Assembly (NCBI GenBank): GCA_918797485.1
Contig: CAKKNE010000006.1
Coordinates: forward strand, 1,612,001-1,676,000
Direction of reading: 5' to 3'
Origin: Pelagomonas calceolata
Lineage: Eukaryota
Length of the DNA stretch: 64,000 nt
Part shown: positions 47,036 through 57,908 of the stretch, piece after piece
How the letters are laid out: each line of letters begins with the position of its first letter
How positions within the stretch are numbered: the first letter of the stretch is position 1
Notes under the pieces: generated by a model
Told to the model about the DNA's origin: nothing
Databases searched by the model: none
Seen by the model: only the letters and a program-made list of their open reading frames with translations
Made by a program: the position numbers and the translations under genes

Positions 47036-47363
47036 GATACTGCTGCGTCCGGTGCTGCACGAGACCAGAGGCAGCAAAGGCGCTCCGGAGACCGTGCCCT
47101 GCAGTCCGAGGGCGGCTGCCCCGACAGCCGCCGAAGCCCGTTTGCGTAACGCCGCAAAGAGTGCTTCCAAAAACGAGCAGGGACCACGCGCCCGAGTCTA
47201 GTTGTTGGGTGTCCCCTCTGGTGGCGTCCGAGCCGAAGCATCGACTTCCTTCTTCCTTCGACTCGCTCCGTCAAATCAACAAGTAGCGCTAGTACCTTTG
47301 TAACCTAGCTAACCGCACTGCACGCGCGCAAGTCGGCGGGGAGGTGTTTCGACGTCAAGCAGC

Positions 47364-48005
47364 ATGGCAGGAACCACCTCGACCCTGCTCCTGGCGCTCG
47401 CCGGCCTCGTTACGTGCCAGGCGCCCGGGAGGCCCCGGGAGACAGGCGTGCCGGTGCCCGCGGTAGGCGACCACGCCGCGTACGCGCGCTGGATGGTGCG
47501 CAGCATGACCTGGGGCACGATGTCGACGATCTCGACTCAAGCCTCGATCGCGGGGTACCCGTTTGGCAACCCCGTGAGCTTCGCCGACGGCGGCACGGGC
47601 AACCCCTACATGTGCGTCTCGCCCCTCGACTCGAGCGTGAAGGACCTGCAGGCGAACCCCAAGTTCTCGCTCACGCTGTCCGCGGCCCAGGGCCAAAGCG
47701 CGCCGGCGGCGTGCGCGCCCGAGTCGGGGCGCGGCGACCCCGAGAACCCGCCGTGCGCCCGCCTGGCCCTGACGGGCGACTTCGTCGACGTCACGGGCAG
47801 TCCCGAGTTCAACACGGCCGTCGCGGCGCTCAACGCGACGCATCCCACCTTGAACTCGTGGGGCTGCTTCCAGGCGGGCGGCTCGGGCGGCTCCCACGGC
47901 TTCTTCCTCGCCAAGATGGCCGTCAAGCAGGCGTGGCTCATCAACATGTACGGCGGCGCCGCCGTCGTCGACGCCGCGGACTACTACGCCGCCTCGCGCG
48001 CGTAA
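47364..48005 (+). CDS. CREG: CREG-like secreted protein (FMN-binding split-barrel fold)
   Basis: ARWMV...WGTMSTIS, PFGNPVSFADG, DPENPPCARL.LTG, HP..W, MYGG. Confidence 0.88.
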   Translation: MAGTTSTLLLALAGLVTCQAPGRPRETGVPVPAVGDHAAYARWMVRSMTWGTMSTISTQASIAGYPFGNPVSFADGGTGNPYMCVSPLDSSVKDLQANPKFSLTLSAAQGQSAPAACAPESGRGDPENPPCARLALTGDFVDVTGSPEFNTAVAALNATHPTLNSWGCFQAGGSGGSHGFFLAKMAVKQAWLINMYGGAAVVDAADYYAASRA

Positions 48006-48018
48006 AACTAACAAATTA

Positions 48019-51000
48019 CTACCGTGATGACTCGACGACGAAGTCCCTCATCGCCGCGTCGAGGGCGTCGTCGCCGCCGCCGGGGAACAGCGCCGCGGCC
48101 CAGGCGTGGGCGGCCGCCGCCGCGTCGACGGCGGCCCGCGCGGCCGGGTCCGCGCCCGCGACGCGCGCGAGCGCGCCCGCGGCGCGGCGCGCCGCCGCCG
48201 CCGCCGCCGCGTTGTCGTCGCGCGCGGCGTGGACGACGAGGCCGCTCCGGATCAGGACCCCTACGTCGCCCGCCTCGTCGCCGGCGGCGACCGCGGCGAC
48301 CGCGACGGCGACGGTGCCGGCCTGCGGGGCAACACCGGTGAGGCGTCTCCGCGCGAGCGCGGGGACGCCGGACGACGGACGAGCGCCCGCGCCGCGGCCC
48401 GCCGCGCGCCGTCGTCGGCGGCGCCCGCCAGGCGCCGCGCCGCCGGCGCGAGCGCGGCCGCGACGGCGCGCCGCGCCGCGTCTGACGGCGGAGCCGCCAG
48501 GGCCGCCGCCGCGACGTCGCACGCCTCGCGGTGCTCGGCCGGCGTCAGCGTCGAGGCGTAGCCGCGCTCGGCCAGCGCCGCGAGCGCTGCCGCGGCGAGC
48601 GGGCCCGGCGCCGTCGCGAGCCACGCGCAGGCGCCGCGCGCCACCGCCTCGTCCCCGCCGGCGAGCGCCACGAGCGCCAGCACCTCCAGCGCGGCGACGT
48701 CGCCCGGCGGCGCCGCGGCGTCGAGCACCGCGACGCAGGCCCGGAGGCCGTCGCGGTCGACGCGGAGGAGGCTCGCGGCCGCGAGCCGCCGCCACGTCGC
48801 GCCCGCGAGCGCCGCGACGCGGGGCCGGCCGCGCGCCTCCCCCTTGAACCTGCGCGGCCGGCGCGCCGTGAGTCGCGTCCCCCGACGGTCCGCGCGGCGT
48901 CGCACGCGGCGAGGAGGCCCGTCACGAGCCGCGTCCGCTGCGAGCCCGCCTTCGCCGCCCCCACGATGGCCTCGGCGGCGCCCGCGAAGCGGGCCGGCGG
49001 CGCCGCCGCGGCCGGCGCCCGCCGCTCGAGGACCCGCCGCAGCGCCGCGTCGCCGCCCGCGCCGCGCCGCGCGAGCGCCAGCAGCTCGCCGGACGCGCGG
49101 TCCCACCGCGCGTCGTCGGCGCACGCGGCCGCGCACCGCGCCTGCAGCGGGAGCAGGGCGCCGCGCCCGCCGCCGCGGACCCGCGCGAGCGCCGCCGCCG
49201 CCGCGCACGCCCAGTCCAGGGCCCCGCCGGCGAAGTCGCCGGCGGCCCACGCGGCGTCGGGCGCCGCCTGCAGCGCCGCCGCCGCGAAGACGAGGCACGT
49301 CCAGAACGCGCGCTCGTCGCCCGCCGCGCGCCGCGCGAGCCACGCGACGGCGCCGCCGGCGAGCGCGGCGTCGCAGCGGCGCCAGCGCCGCGCGGCCGCG
49401 CGCGACGCCTCGTCGCCGTCGACGAGCGCCCGCACCGAGTAGTGCGCGGCGCCGTCGACGAGTGCTACACATAGGGCCTCCGCCGGCAGGGCCCCGAGGG
49501 CCGCGCCCGCGTCGGCGACGGCGGCGAGCGCGTCCGCGGCCGGGCCGCTTCGATCCCGCGCCGCCCACGCCGCCGCCGGCGCCGCGTCGACGACCGCGGC
49601 CGCGGCGGCGGCTCGCGCGTCGTCGTCGTCCTCCGCCGCCCGCGCGAGTTTCGCCGCGGCGTCGGCCGCCGCGGCGCCGCCCCGGGCCGCCGCGTCCGCC
49701 TCGTCGCGCGCCGCGTCGGCGACGCCGCGCGCGAGCCGCCCGATCTCGCGCGCCGCGAGCGCCGCGCGCGCCCGCCTCGACGAGTGCGCCGGCCACGGCG
49801 CGTCGACCGGCTCGTCCGACACGGCGGCAATTTCGCGCAGCGCCGCCGCCGCGCCCGCCGGAGCGAGCTCGCCCGGCGCCTCCGGCCGCGGCGCGCGCCG
49901 CGGCGGCCGCCGCGCCGCGCCGCGCGCCGCCCGGCGCCGCCGCGCCGCGCCATCGGCGCCGCGGCGCCGCGCCGCCCCGCCCGGCGCGGGCCCGTCCTCG
50001 CGCTCGAGCATGGCCGCGAAGCCGTCGTCGTCGCGCGGGTCCTCGTCGCGGATGCCCTTGAGCCGCCGCGCGAGGCCGTGGATGTCCCGCTCGACGCGCT
50101 CCGTCGCGAGCGCGAGCGCCGCGAGGCCCTCGGACGCGGCGCCGCGCCGCGCCGCGCCGTCCTCGAGCCGGCGGTAGATGCGGTCGGCGACGTCGACGCC
50201 CCGGCGCACGGTGCCCAGGACGAGGTCCCGGAGCTCGTCGAGCTCGCGGCGGATGCCCGCGGCCTCCGCCGCGTCCAGCGCGCCCGTCCGCCGGCGCGCG
50301 AGCTTCTGCGCCGAGACGCGGCGCTCGAGCCGGCCGACGCGCCCGCGCAGGTAGGGCACCGCCGTCCGCTCGAGGTGGGCGTGGATCTCGCGGATTTCCC
50401 GCTTCAGCGCGCGGCGCTTCCGCGGGAGCCGCCGCCCGGGCCGCGCGAGGCCGTCGGGGCCGGCGGCGTCGCCGCCGGCCGGGGGCGCCGGCCGCGTCCG
50501 GCGGCGCTTCTTCGCCGGGGGCGCGTTCCGCGGGTGGAGCGGCCGCGCCCGCAGCAGCGCCGCCGCCGCCGCCGCCGCGTCGTCGTCGCTCTCGCTCAGG
50601 CCGTCGGCGGCGCGCGCCGGCGGCGGCCGGCCGAGCGCCGCGAGCGGCACGTCCTCGGACGACGACGAGTCGTAGCCGTCGGCGTCGAGGCCGAGGGCCT
50701 GGGCCGCGGCCTCGAGGTCCCGCCGGGCCCGCGCGTCGGCGGGCGCGCGCGGCGCCGCCGCGAGCTCGTCGGGCTGCGCGTGGCCGCAGTCGACGATGAG
50801 GCAGGCGCAGCCGAAGAGGCGGCAGCGCCCCGCCGTCTGGCGCTTGCGCCGCGGCGCGTCGAGCGCGAACGCGGCGACGCGCGACGCGGCGATGCCCCGC
50901 TGGCGCGCGCCGCCGATCGTGAGCCGCACGTCGACCGTGCCGCGCGCGGCGTCGACGGCCGTCACCTCGGCGAGGCCGCCCTCGAAGTTCTCGCCCACGC

Positions 51001-51400
51001 CCGTCAGCGCCGGCGCCACGACGAGCGCGCCCACGGCGAACGGCGCCGCCGGCGCGGCCGGGTCCGGCGCGTCCGGCGGCGCCTCGGGCGCGTCCGGTGG
51101 CGCCTCGGGTGCGTCCGGCTCCGCATCCGGCGCGGCGTCGGGGCCCACGTACGGCTGCGTGGGCGCCTCGTAGGGCTGCGTGGGCGCCTCGTAGGGCTGC
51201 GTGGGCGCCTCGTGCGGCTGCGTGAGCGCCTCGTGCGGCTGCGTGAGCGCCTCGTAGGGTTGCGTGGGCGCCTCGGACGGCCGCGCGGGCGGCGCCAGGG
51301 ACGCCAGCGGGACGTCCTCGGACGAATCCGAGGTGTCGTCCGCGGGAACGCCGCCCGCGGCCGGCGGCGGCAGGCCCTGGAGGGAGTCCAGGCGCATCAT
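48019..51400 (-). CDS. Large uncharacterised protein with a TQ-repeat N-terminus, Tudor/Agenet-like barrel, coiled coil and helical C-terminus; introns 48850-48905 and 48322-48380
   Basis: Two GT-AG introns link three ORFs in frame; FAVGALVVA..GENFEGGLAEVTAVD..GTVDVRL; NLS-like PAKKRRR. Confidence 0.5.
51149..51274 (-). repeat. Coding tandem repeat, 6 x 21 bp, encoding EA(P/L)TQP(Y/H)
   Basis: Direct reading of the repeat units. Confidence 0.95.
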
Positions 51401-51652
51401 CTGGCGGCGGCGCTCAAAATACACACAGATGTCGGTGACAGCAGGCGCGGTTGACCTAAGTCAGCAGGCGCGGTCGGGCTAGCGTTCAGCGTTCAAACCG
51501 CGCGCAGCACAATAATTCATTTGCTAGTGTCTTTTTCCGCTAGATAATCAAGCTTCCGGCTTGCGCGTTTTTTTAAGAGCCCCGCGCTCATTGAATCTAG
51601 ACGCGGAGAGGAACCTAGACGCGGAGACACGTCGTCGCGTCAGGGTGCAACC

Positions 51653-52291
51653 ATGTTCCAGCAGTACGAGGCCGAGCTGCAGGAGGTGCTGGCCGACGCC
51701 GAGGCGCGGCTCGGCGCGCTGCTCGCGGCCGCCGACACCGCCGACCGGTCCGGGGCCGTGCGGCAACTGAACGACCTCGTGCGGACCGCGCGCGACCTGG
51801 AAAAGCAGATCGACGTCGAGGTCCGGTCGGCGGCGCCGGACGCGCGCGCCGCGCTGCGCGAGCGCGCGCGGCCGCTCGGCGACCGCCTCGCGGCGCTGCG
51901 GCGCCAGGCCGAGGCCGTGGCCGAGGAGGCGGACCGCGAGCGCGTGCTCGGCGTGCGGAACCCGCTGAACGCGTCGGCCGGCGCGCGGGGCCGCCTCGCG
52001 GCGGCGGGCGACCGCGCGCGCGGCCAGAACGACGCCATCCGCGGCGCGCTCGAGACGGTGCGCGACACGGAGCAGACGGCCATCGACATCGCCGACGAGC
52101 TCGGCCGCAACCGCGAGACGATCGGCTCGATCCGCGGCCACGTCGCCGACGCCGGCGGCGACCTCGGCGCCGCGCGGGGGCTCATCGGACGCATGCAGCG
52201 GCGCGAGGTCCAGCAGAAGGCGGTCCTGACTGTCGTCGCCGCGATCCTCATCGCCGCCATCGGGACCGTGTCCTACTACAGCTTCTCCTAG
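51653..52291 (+). CDS. VTI1: Qb-SNARE, Vti1-like
   Basis: FQQYE N-terminal helical bundle; SNARE motif TEQTAIDIADELGRNRETI; C-terminal TM. Confidence 0.8.
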   Translation: MFQQYEAELQEVLADAEARLGALLAAADTADRSGAVRQLNDLVRTARDLEKQIDVEVRSAAPDARAALRERARPLGDRLAALRRQAEAVAEEADRERVLGVRNPLNASAGARGRLAAAGDRARGQNDAIRGALETVRDTEQTAIDIADELGRNRETIGSIRGHVADAGGDLGAARGLIGRMQRREVQQKAVLTVVAAILIAAIGTVSYYSFS

Positions 52292-53637
52292 GCGCGTAAG
52301 GCTAGCGGCCTGTGAGACACGAGGGGTCCACTACTACCAAGGAGATACCGTCCCCGGGGCGCGGCTTCCAGGGCTCGTTTAGGAAATCCGCGCTAGCGGC
52401 TTGTAGACACTAGCTCGGCCGGGGGGATCCATGAGATAAGCCAAGGCAATAGTCGCGGGCGGCCCCAACCGTTGAGCTATCTACGTTGTCTGTGTTTTCG
52501 TTCGCGAGTGTGGGCGTTCAGAGCGGGCATCGTATGAGTTCCGGTGCGCTACCGGGCCCAGGCCTCCTGCGCGCGATGCCTCTGCTTTTTTGATGCTAGA
52601 GGGGCTAGCTAGGGTAATTAGCCCCGACCTGCTACTACCTTCGAGACTCCGTGACTCGGGCTACCCCTGCTAGTTAGGCGGGGGATGGGTCGAACTTCGT
52701 CCGCGCCGCCGCCGCCGCCGCTACGCGCGTTCCTGCCACGCGTAGCCAGCCGTCCTCCGATTCGGTGAACGCGAGCGCCGACCTTACCGTCTCCTTTTTT
52801 CGCGCACCCGTGCGCGGCGCGTCCCCTAGCTACATTAGGGCTCTAGTCTCTGCGTTTTACCCTTGCACTCTCTCTCGGTGCAGGCGTGGTGGCAGGCAGC
52901 GGACCTGGAGGAGGTCCGGCTGATTCCACCGCGCCTGTCATGCTGCGCAGCGCTGTCAAAATGGCCGCCATGGCCTGCAGAGCTCGATTTGGGCTCAGAG
53001 CTACCGGGCGTGAGAGGCCGGCGCTGGATCCGCGCGGGAGCGCTAAAAAGCCCTATAAAGCGCTTGATCAGAGTCTGTTAGTCACCGCCGCGGCATTTCC
53101 AAGCTTACAGCACAAACGGGGACCGCTACGCACCTCTGCGAAGAGATTACGTCAAGTCTCGATTTGACGCGATATCGAGAGCGGCCGCGACCCGCTGACC
53201 GCCCTCACTCAAGATACTGACCGCGCAGACATATTATTGCCCACGACCAGAACCAGAGCCCCCACCGTCGTCATCACGCGGACTTACTCCGCTGCCGGAA
53301 GACCGCCGATCTCGAACGGATCTGAAAAGTGAGTACCAGCGCCCCTTTTTAGCTCGAGCCCGCGAGCCGCGGCACGGCGGCTGCACGCGCGAGCTGTGAG
53401 ACCGCGCGCACGCCATCCAAATACTTCTGGCGGCCTTGCGGCTTTTCACGCTCGCAAACGACCACGTGCCCGACCTGAGAGAGGCCCCGCACGCCGTCGG
53501 AAGAGCTCGGTCGCTTCGACGACGTCGGCCGCGGCACGTGGCGGCTACGAGACGTTGCGCACGCCGTCGAGAGAGACTGCTCGCGGCGTTCGTGCTCTGA
53601 AGAGGCGTAAACGCGCCGCGCGCCGTCGAGAGGCCGC

Positions 53638-55694
53638 GTGCGGCCCGACGGCGTTCGACGAAGCGTGTCCCATAGCCGCCGCGTCGGCGACCACACTGGT
53701 ATTTTCGGCGACTGGGGCGTCCGCGGCTCGAAACGCGGCGACTCGACCTTCGCCTCGTTCGCCTTCGAGTTCTCAGCGAATTGTGGCTTGTTGGCCGACG
53801 GCGGCATGCATCAGGCCGACGTTGGTCTGGAGGCGACGGTGTGTCGGGACGTCGGTGCGGCCTTCGGCCCGCGGTACCCGGCGATCGAGTGCGGCAACAA
53901 GGACGACCTCGGCGCCAACTTCTACTTCGACCTGATCTCGAAAACGGGCTACACGTACGTGGTCCTCGCGACGAAGCCGCCGACGGAGCCGCGCGATCTG
54001 CTGAAGGAGGCGCAGCGCGGCGGCGACGGGTCAGTGACGCGCGGCGGCGGCATCAGCAGGGGCCCCGTGACGACCTGGGAGGTGGACTGGATGCAGGCGC
54101 TGCTCTATTTGGTGGCCACGCGCGGCCTGGCGCAGCGCGACTTCGAGGTCATCGCCGCGGCCCTCAACGAGGCCTGCGGGCTGAAGTTGACGAGGAGCGC
54201 GGTCTACCACAAGTACAGCCGGATCGCGGAGCGGCGCGAGACGGCCTCGCCCGCGAAGGAGCCGGTCTCGAAGGCTGAGGTGGCCGTGGCGCTCGCCGCG
54301 AAGCGGTCCGCGGCGTCGCATCTCGCGGGCCTCGCGCCGGAGGTCGTGCGATCGCTGAAGGCGAGCGCCGCCGCTCTCGCCGCTGGTGACGCCTCGGACG
54401 ACGTCCTCGCGGCGCGCGCCGCGCGCCAACACCGGCTCGAACGGTCGGCGTTGGGGAAGCTGCACGCGCTCTTCGTGGGCGCCGCCGCGCCGTTCTTCGT
54501 TGTCGAGTCCTCCTCGGGCGAGTCCTCCTCGGACGAGTCCTCCTCGGACAGTTCCGACGACGAGGCGGCAGCGCCGGCGCCGGTAGCGACGCCGGCCGCC
54601 GCCGCGGCGTCCCTGAGCGCGCTGCAGCGCATCACGTGCAGGACTGACTGCGTTGTCGTAGTGTCCTCGACTGCGCCGCGCAGGGCCGTGGCGGCCTTGG
54701 GCCGGGCGGTTGGCGCCGAGAAGCTGCGCGCGACCGCGGCCGTGGCCTCCTCGGGCAGCGCCGCCGAGCGCGAGGTTTGCGAGGTGCTCCAGTGGGTCGA
54801 GCAGCGGCCCGCGCTCCGCTGGGTCTGCCTCGACGCGACGGGCGGCCTCTGCGAGGCCTATGTGGCCGGCGCGCGCGCTGCCGGCGCCGCGCCTATGTTC
54901 GCGCCGCGGTTCGTGCCGTCCGTCGACGAGGACGCGCTGCTCGCGGTGACGTTCCCCGAGGACACGCCGGACGCTGCCACGGCGCCGCGCGGTTCGCTAC
55001 CGCAGTCGCACGAGATCACGCGGGCTAATATTGCGGGGCGGCGTCTCGTCGTGACCGGCAAGAACTTTTTGCCCCAAGCGATATTGGAGCTCGTCCTGGA
55101 AATTAGTTTTGGAGCGAATATCACGAGCAAGGCATCCACAAAGACGCACATGGTCATCGGGCCGGCGAGTTGCCTGGAGGGCGACCCTGCGGACCAGTCA
55201 GCCAATGCAAAGTGCGCCTTGTGTACGCCGACGGAGGACCCGAAGAACGGCGGCCACGCCGTGTTCCTCGAGGACACGAAATGGAAGCGATGCTGCGGGA
55301 AGGCGAGGTGGGGGACGTGTTGCTGGAAAAGCGGGGGAGCCTGCCGGCGCCGCTCTACATTACGGTGGAAGACGCGCTCGCGCGCCGGCCCTGGAGGCGG
55401 CACGTCTGCGTCGTGACGGGCGCGGTCAACGGCTACGACCAGGTCGACTTCCTCGTGGCGCTGCGGGACACACTCGGCGCCGAGACGTGGGACCGCGTGA
55501 CCGACGACACGACGCTATTAATCGTGGGCGATTTGGGAGGCCGGGCGTCGAGCACCAAGCTCGACATGGCTCGTGTGCTGAAGGTAAATATCGTGCGCGC
55601 CGCGGAGGTGCTGAAGCTGCTGGCGTCGCCCCCGGCGGTCTTCGCGGACGTGACGAACGGCGCCGGCCGGCCGGCGAAGAAGACGCGGGTGTAA
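53638..55694 (+). pseudogene. Protein with two C-terminal BRCT-like domains, split by a frameshift near 55285; 5' end unclear
   Basis: IAGRRLVVTG..FGANITSKASTKTHMVIG and VCVVTG..LGA....VTDDTTLLIVG...STKLDMA..LKVNIV lie in different frames; in-frame stops upstream. Confidence 0.4.
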
Positions 55695-56061
55695 AGCGGC
55701 GCCGCCGGCGTCGCGGCAGTCCTCGCGCGAAGCGGCGGAGGACACGGAGGAGATGGAGATGGAGTGGTAGTAGCTCTAAGAAAGAGCATTGTGTTTCAAG
55801 TCCTATGCCGTTCCGGTCTACCATCATGCCCTCCTTATCTCGCCTCGCGCGCGCGGCGCGTCGACGCGCCGGACGCCTTCATATCTGTAAGAAACTAGCT
55901 CTGATTGTCGGCGGCGCCGTGGTGGTGCCACCGAACAGTGCGAGTCACTGCACTTCACGCCGTAATAGCCTAGTGCCTCTATCTAGTGCTCGATTTCGAG
56001 CAGCGGGGCAGTAGTAGATTTAACTGAGCCTGGCCTTGTCAGAGCCTCGATTACGTCCGAG

Positions 56062-57816
56062 ATGCCCAAGGACCTGTGGGCCTACCTCCGGCCCGAGCGC
56101 CCGGCGCTGGCCTGCGGCGGCGCGGCCCTCCTCGTGTCGACCTTCTCGAACGCCTTCGCGCCCCGGGCCATGGGCCGCGTCGTCGACGCCTACGCGGCGC
56201 GGCGCCGGGACGGCGGCGCGGCGCTCCGGCGCGAGCTCGCGGCGACGGGCCTCGTCTTCGCGTGCGGCGCGCTCGCGTCCGGCGTGCGGACGGCGTGCTT
56301 CGCGGGCGCGTGCCAGGGCGCGCTCCGGCGCCTGCGCGCGGACGCGTACCGCGCGTGCCTGGTCCGGCGGCGCGGCGCGCACGACGCCGCGGCGGCGGCC
56401 GACGCCGTCGACGCGGACGCGCGGACGGCCGCCCGGTTCCTGACGGAGAGCCTCCAGAACGGCCTGCGGTACGCGTCCTCGGTCGTCAACGGCGGCGCGC
56501 GCCTCGTCCTCCTCTCGCCGAATTTGTGCCTCGAGCTGCTCGTGGCGCTGCCCGTCGGCGCGGGGCTCGTGCGCGCGGCGTCGCGCGGCGTGAGCCGGCG
56601 CGGCGACGCGGCGGAGCGCGCCGAGCGCGACGCCGTCGCGCTCGCGCGCGACCGCCTGCGGCCGGAGGCGTTCGACGTCGTGCGGTGCGCGGGCGCGGAG
56701 GCGGTCGAGCACCGGCGCTTCGCCGGGCTGCTCGCGCGCGCGGAGGCGGCGGGCCGGGCGCACGGCGTCGCGCGGGGCTGCCTCATGGGGTCGCTCGACG
56801 CCGTCGGCAAGCTGACGGTGCTCGGCGTCGTCTTCCGCGGCGGCGCGCGCGTCGAGCGCGGCGACATGACGGGCGGCGACCTCCTCGCGTTCGCGCTCTA
56901 CGCGGCCTACGCCGCGCTGGGGCTCGCAGGCCTCGCGCGCGTCGCGCTCGGCGACCGGAAGGCCTTCCGGCGGGCGGAGGAGCGGCTCCTCGCCGCGCTC
57001 GACGCGGCCGGCGCCGACGGCGCCGCGGCGGCGGCGGAGGCGGCGGAGGCGGCCGCGCCGGATCCAGAAGAGGCGGCCGTGGCCCTCGACGGCGTCGACG
57101 TCGCCTACGCGGGGCGCGGCGACCTCGCGCTCCGGGGCGTCTCGCTGCGCGCGGCGGCCGGGCGGGTCACGGGGATCGTCGGCGCGAGCGGCGCGGGCAA
57201 GTCCACGCTGCTGCGGTGCTGCGCCGGGCTCGTCGCGCCCGCGGCCGGCGCGGTCCGCGTCTGCGGCGTCGACGTCCACGGGGGCGACGCCGCGCGCGTC
57301 GCGGCGGTCCGCCGGACGCTGGCCAGCCACGTGCAGCAGGGCGCGCCGCTGCTGGCGCACGGGCCGCGGCTCCTCGACGCCGTCGCGTACCTGGGCCTCG
57401 GGGCGCCCGTCGACGTCGAGCGGGCCCGCGGCGCGGTCGCCGCGTGCGCGGGCCCGGTGAGCGAGAGCGTCGGCGGCCTCGAGGGCGGCGTCGGCCGCGA
57501 CGCGGGCGACCTGTCGGGCGGCCAGAAGAACCGCGTGGCGCTCGCGCGCGCGCTCTACCGGGCCGGCGCGCGCGTGCTGCTGCTCGACGAGCCGACGGCC
57601 GCGCTCGACGGCCCCGGCGAGGCGGCCGCGCTCGACGGCGCGCTGGGCGCGGCGCGGAGGCGGGGCTGCGCCGTGCTGCTCGTGGCGCACTCGCGCGCGG
57701 CGATCTCGCGCTGCGACGACGTCGTCGTCCTCGAGCGCGGCCGGCTCGTCGAGCGCGGCGCCTACGGCGCGCTCGCGGCCGACCCGTCGTCGCGCCTGAA
57801 CGCGCTCCTCGAGTAA
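56062..57816 (+). CDS. ABC transporter, B-family half transporter (TMD-NBD)
   Basis: Walker A GASGAGKST, signature LSGGQKNR, Walker B LLLDEPT, H-loop VAH. Confidence 0.9.
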   Translation: MPKDLWAYLRPERPALACGGAALLVSTFSNAFAPRAMGRVVDAYAARRRDGGAALRRELAATGLVFACGALASGVRTACFAGACQGALRRLRADAYRACLVRRRGAHDAAAAADAVDADARTAARFLTESLQNGLRYASSVVNGGARLVLLSPNLCLELLVALPVGAGLVRAASRGVSRRGDAAERAERDAVALARDRLRPEAFDVVRCAGAEAVEHRRFAGLLARAEAAGRAHGVARGCLMGSLDAVGKLTVLGVVFRGGARVERGDMTGGDLLAFALYAAYAALGLAGLARVALGDRKAFRRAEERLLAALDAAGADGAAAAAEAAEAAAPDPEEAAVALDGVDVAYAGRGDLALRGVSLRAAAGRVTGIVGASGAGKSTLLRCCAGLVAPAAGAVRVCGVDVHGGDAARVAAVRRTLASHVQQGAPLLAHGPRLLDAVAYLGLGAPVDVERARGAVAACAGPVSESVGGLEGGVGRDAGDLSGGQKNRVALARALYRAGARVLLLDEPTAALDGPGEAAALDGALGAARRRGCAVLLVAHSRAAISRCDDVVVLERGRLVERGAYGALAADPSSRLNALLE

Positions 57817-57908
57817 TCGGGGAAGTCTTACGTCGCCCGGCGACGTACGTGGTTAGTTAGTACGTTACGTTACGTGGGGGGGGGGGGGGGCGGCGGCCGC
57901 GCCTCGCC

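Noticed and set aside
51149..51274. 21-bp repeats as a CRISPR array
   Set aside because: Head-to-tail coding repeats without spacers, in a eukaryotic gene
57840..57890. tacgt/gtta microrepeats and a G14 run between convergent genes
   Set aside because: Low-complexity sequence; not a telomere array or a supportable terminator
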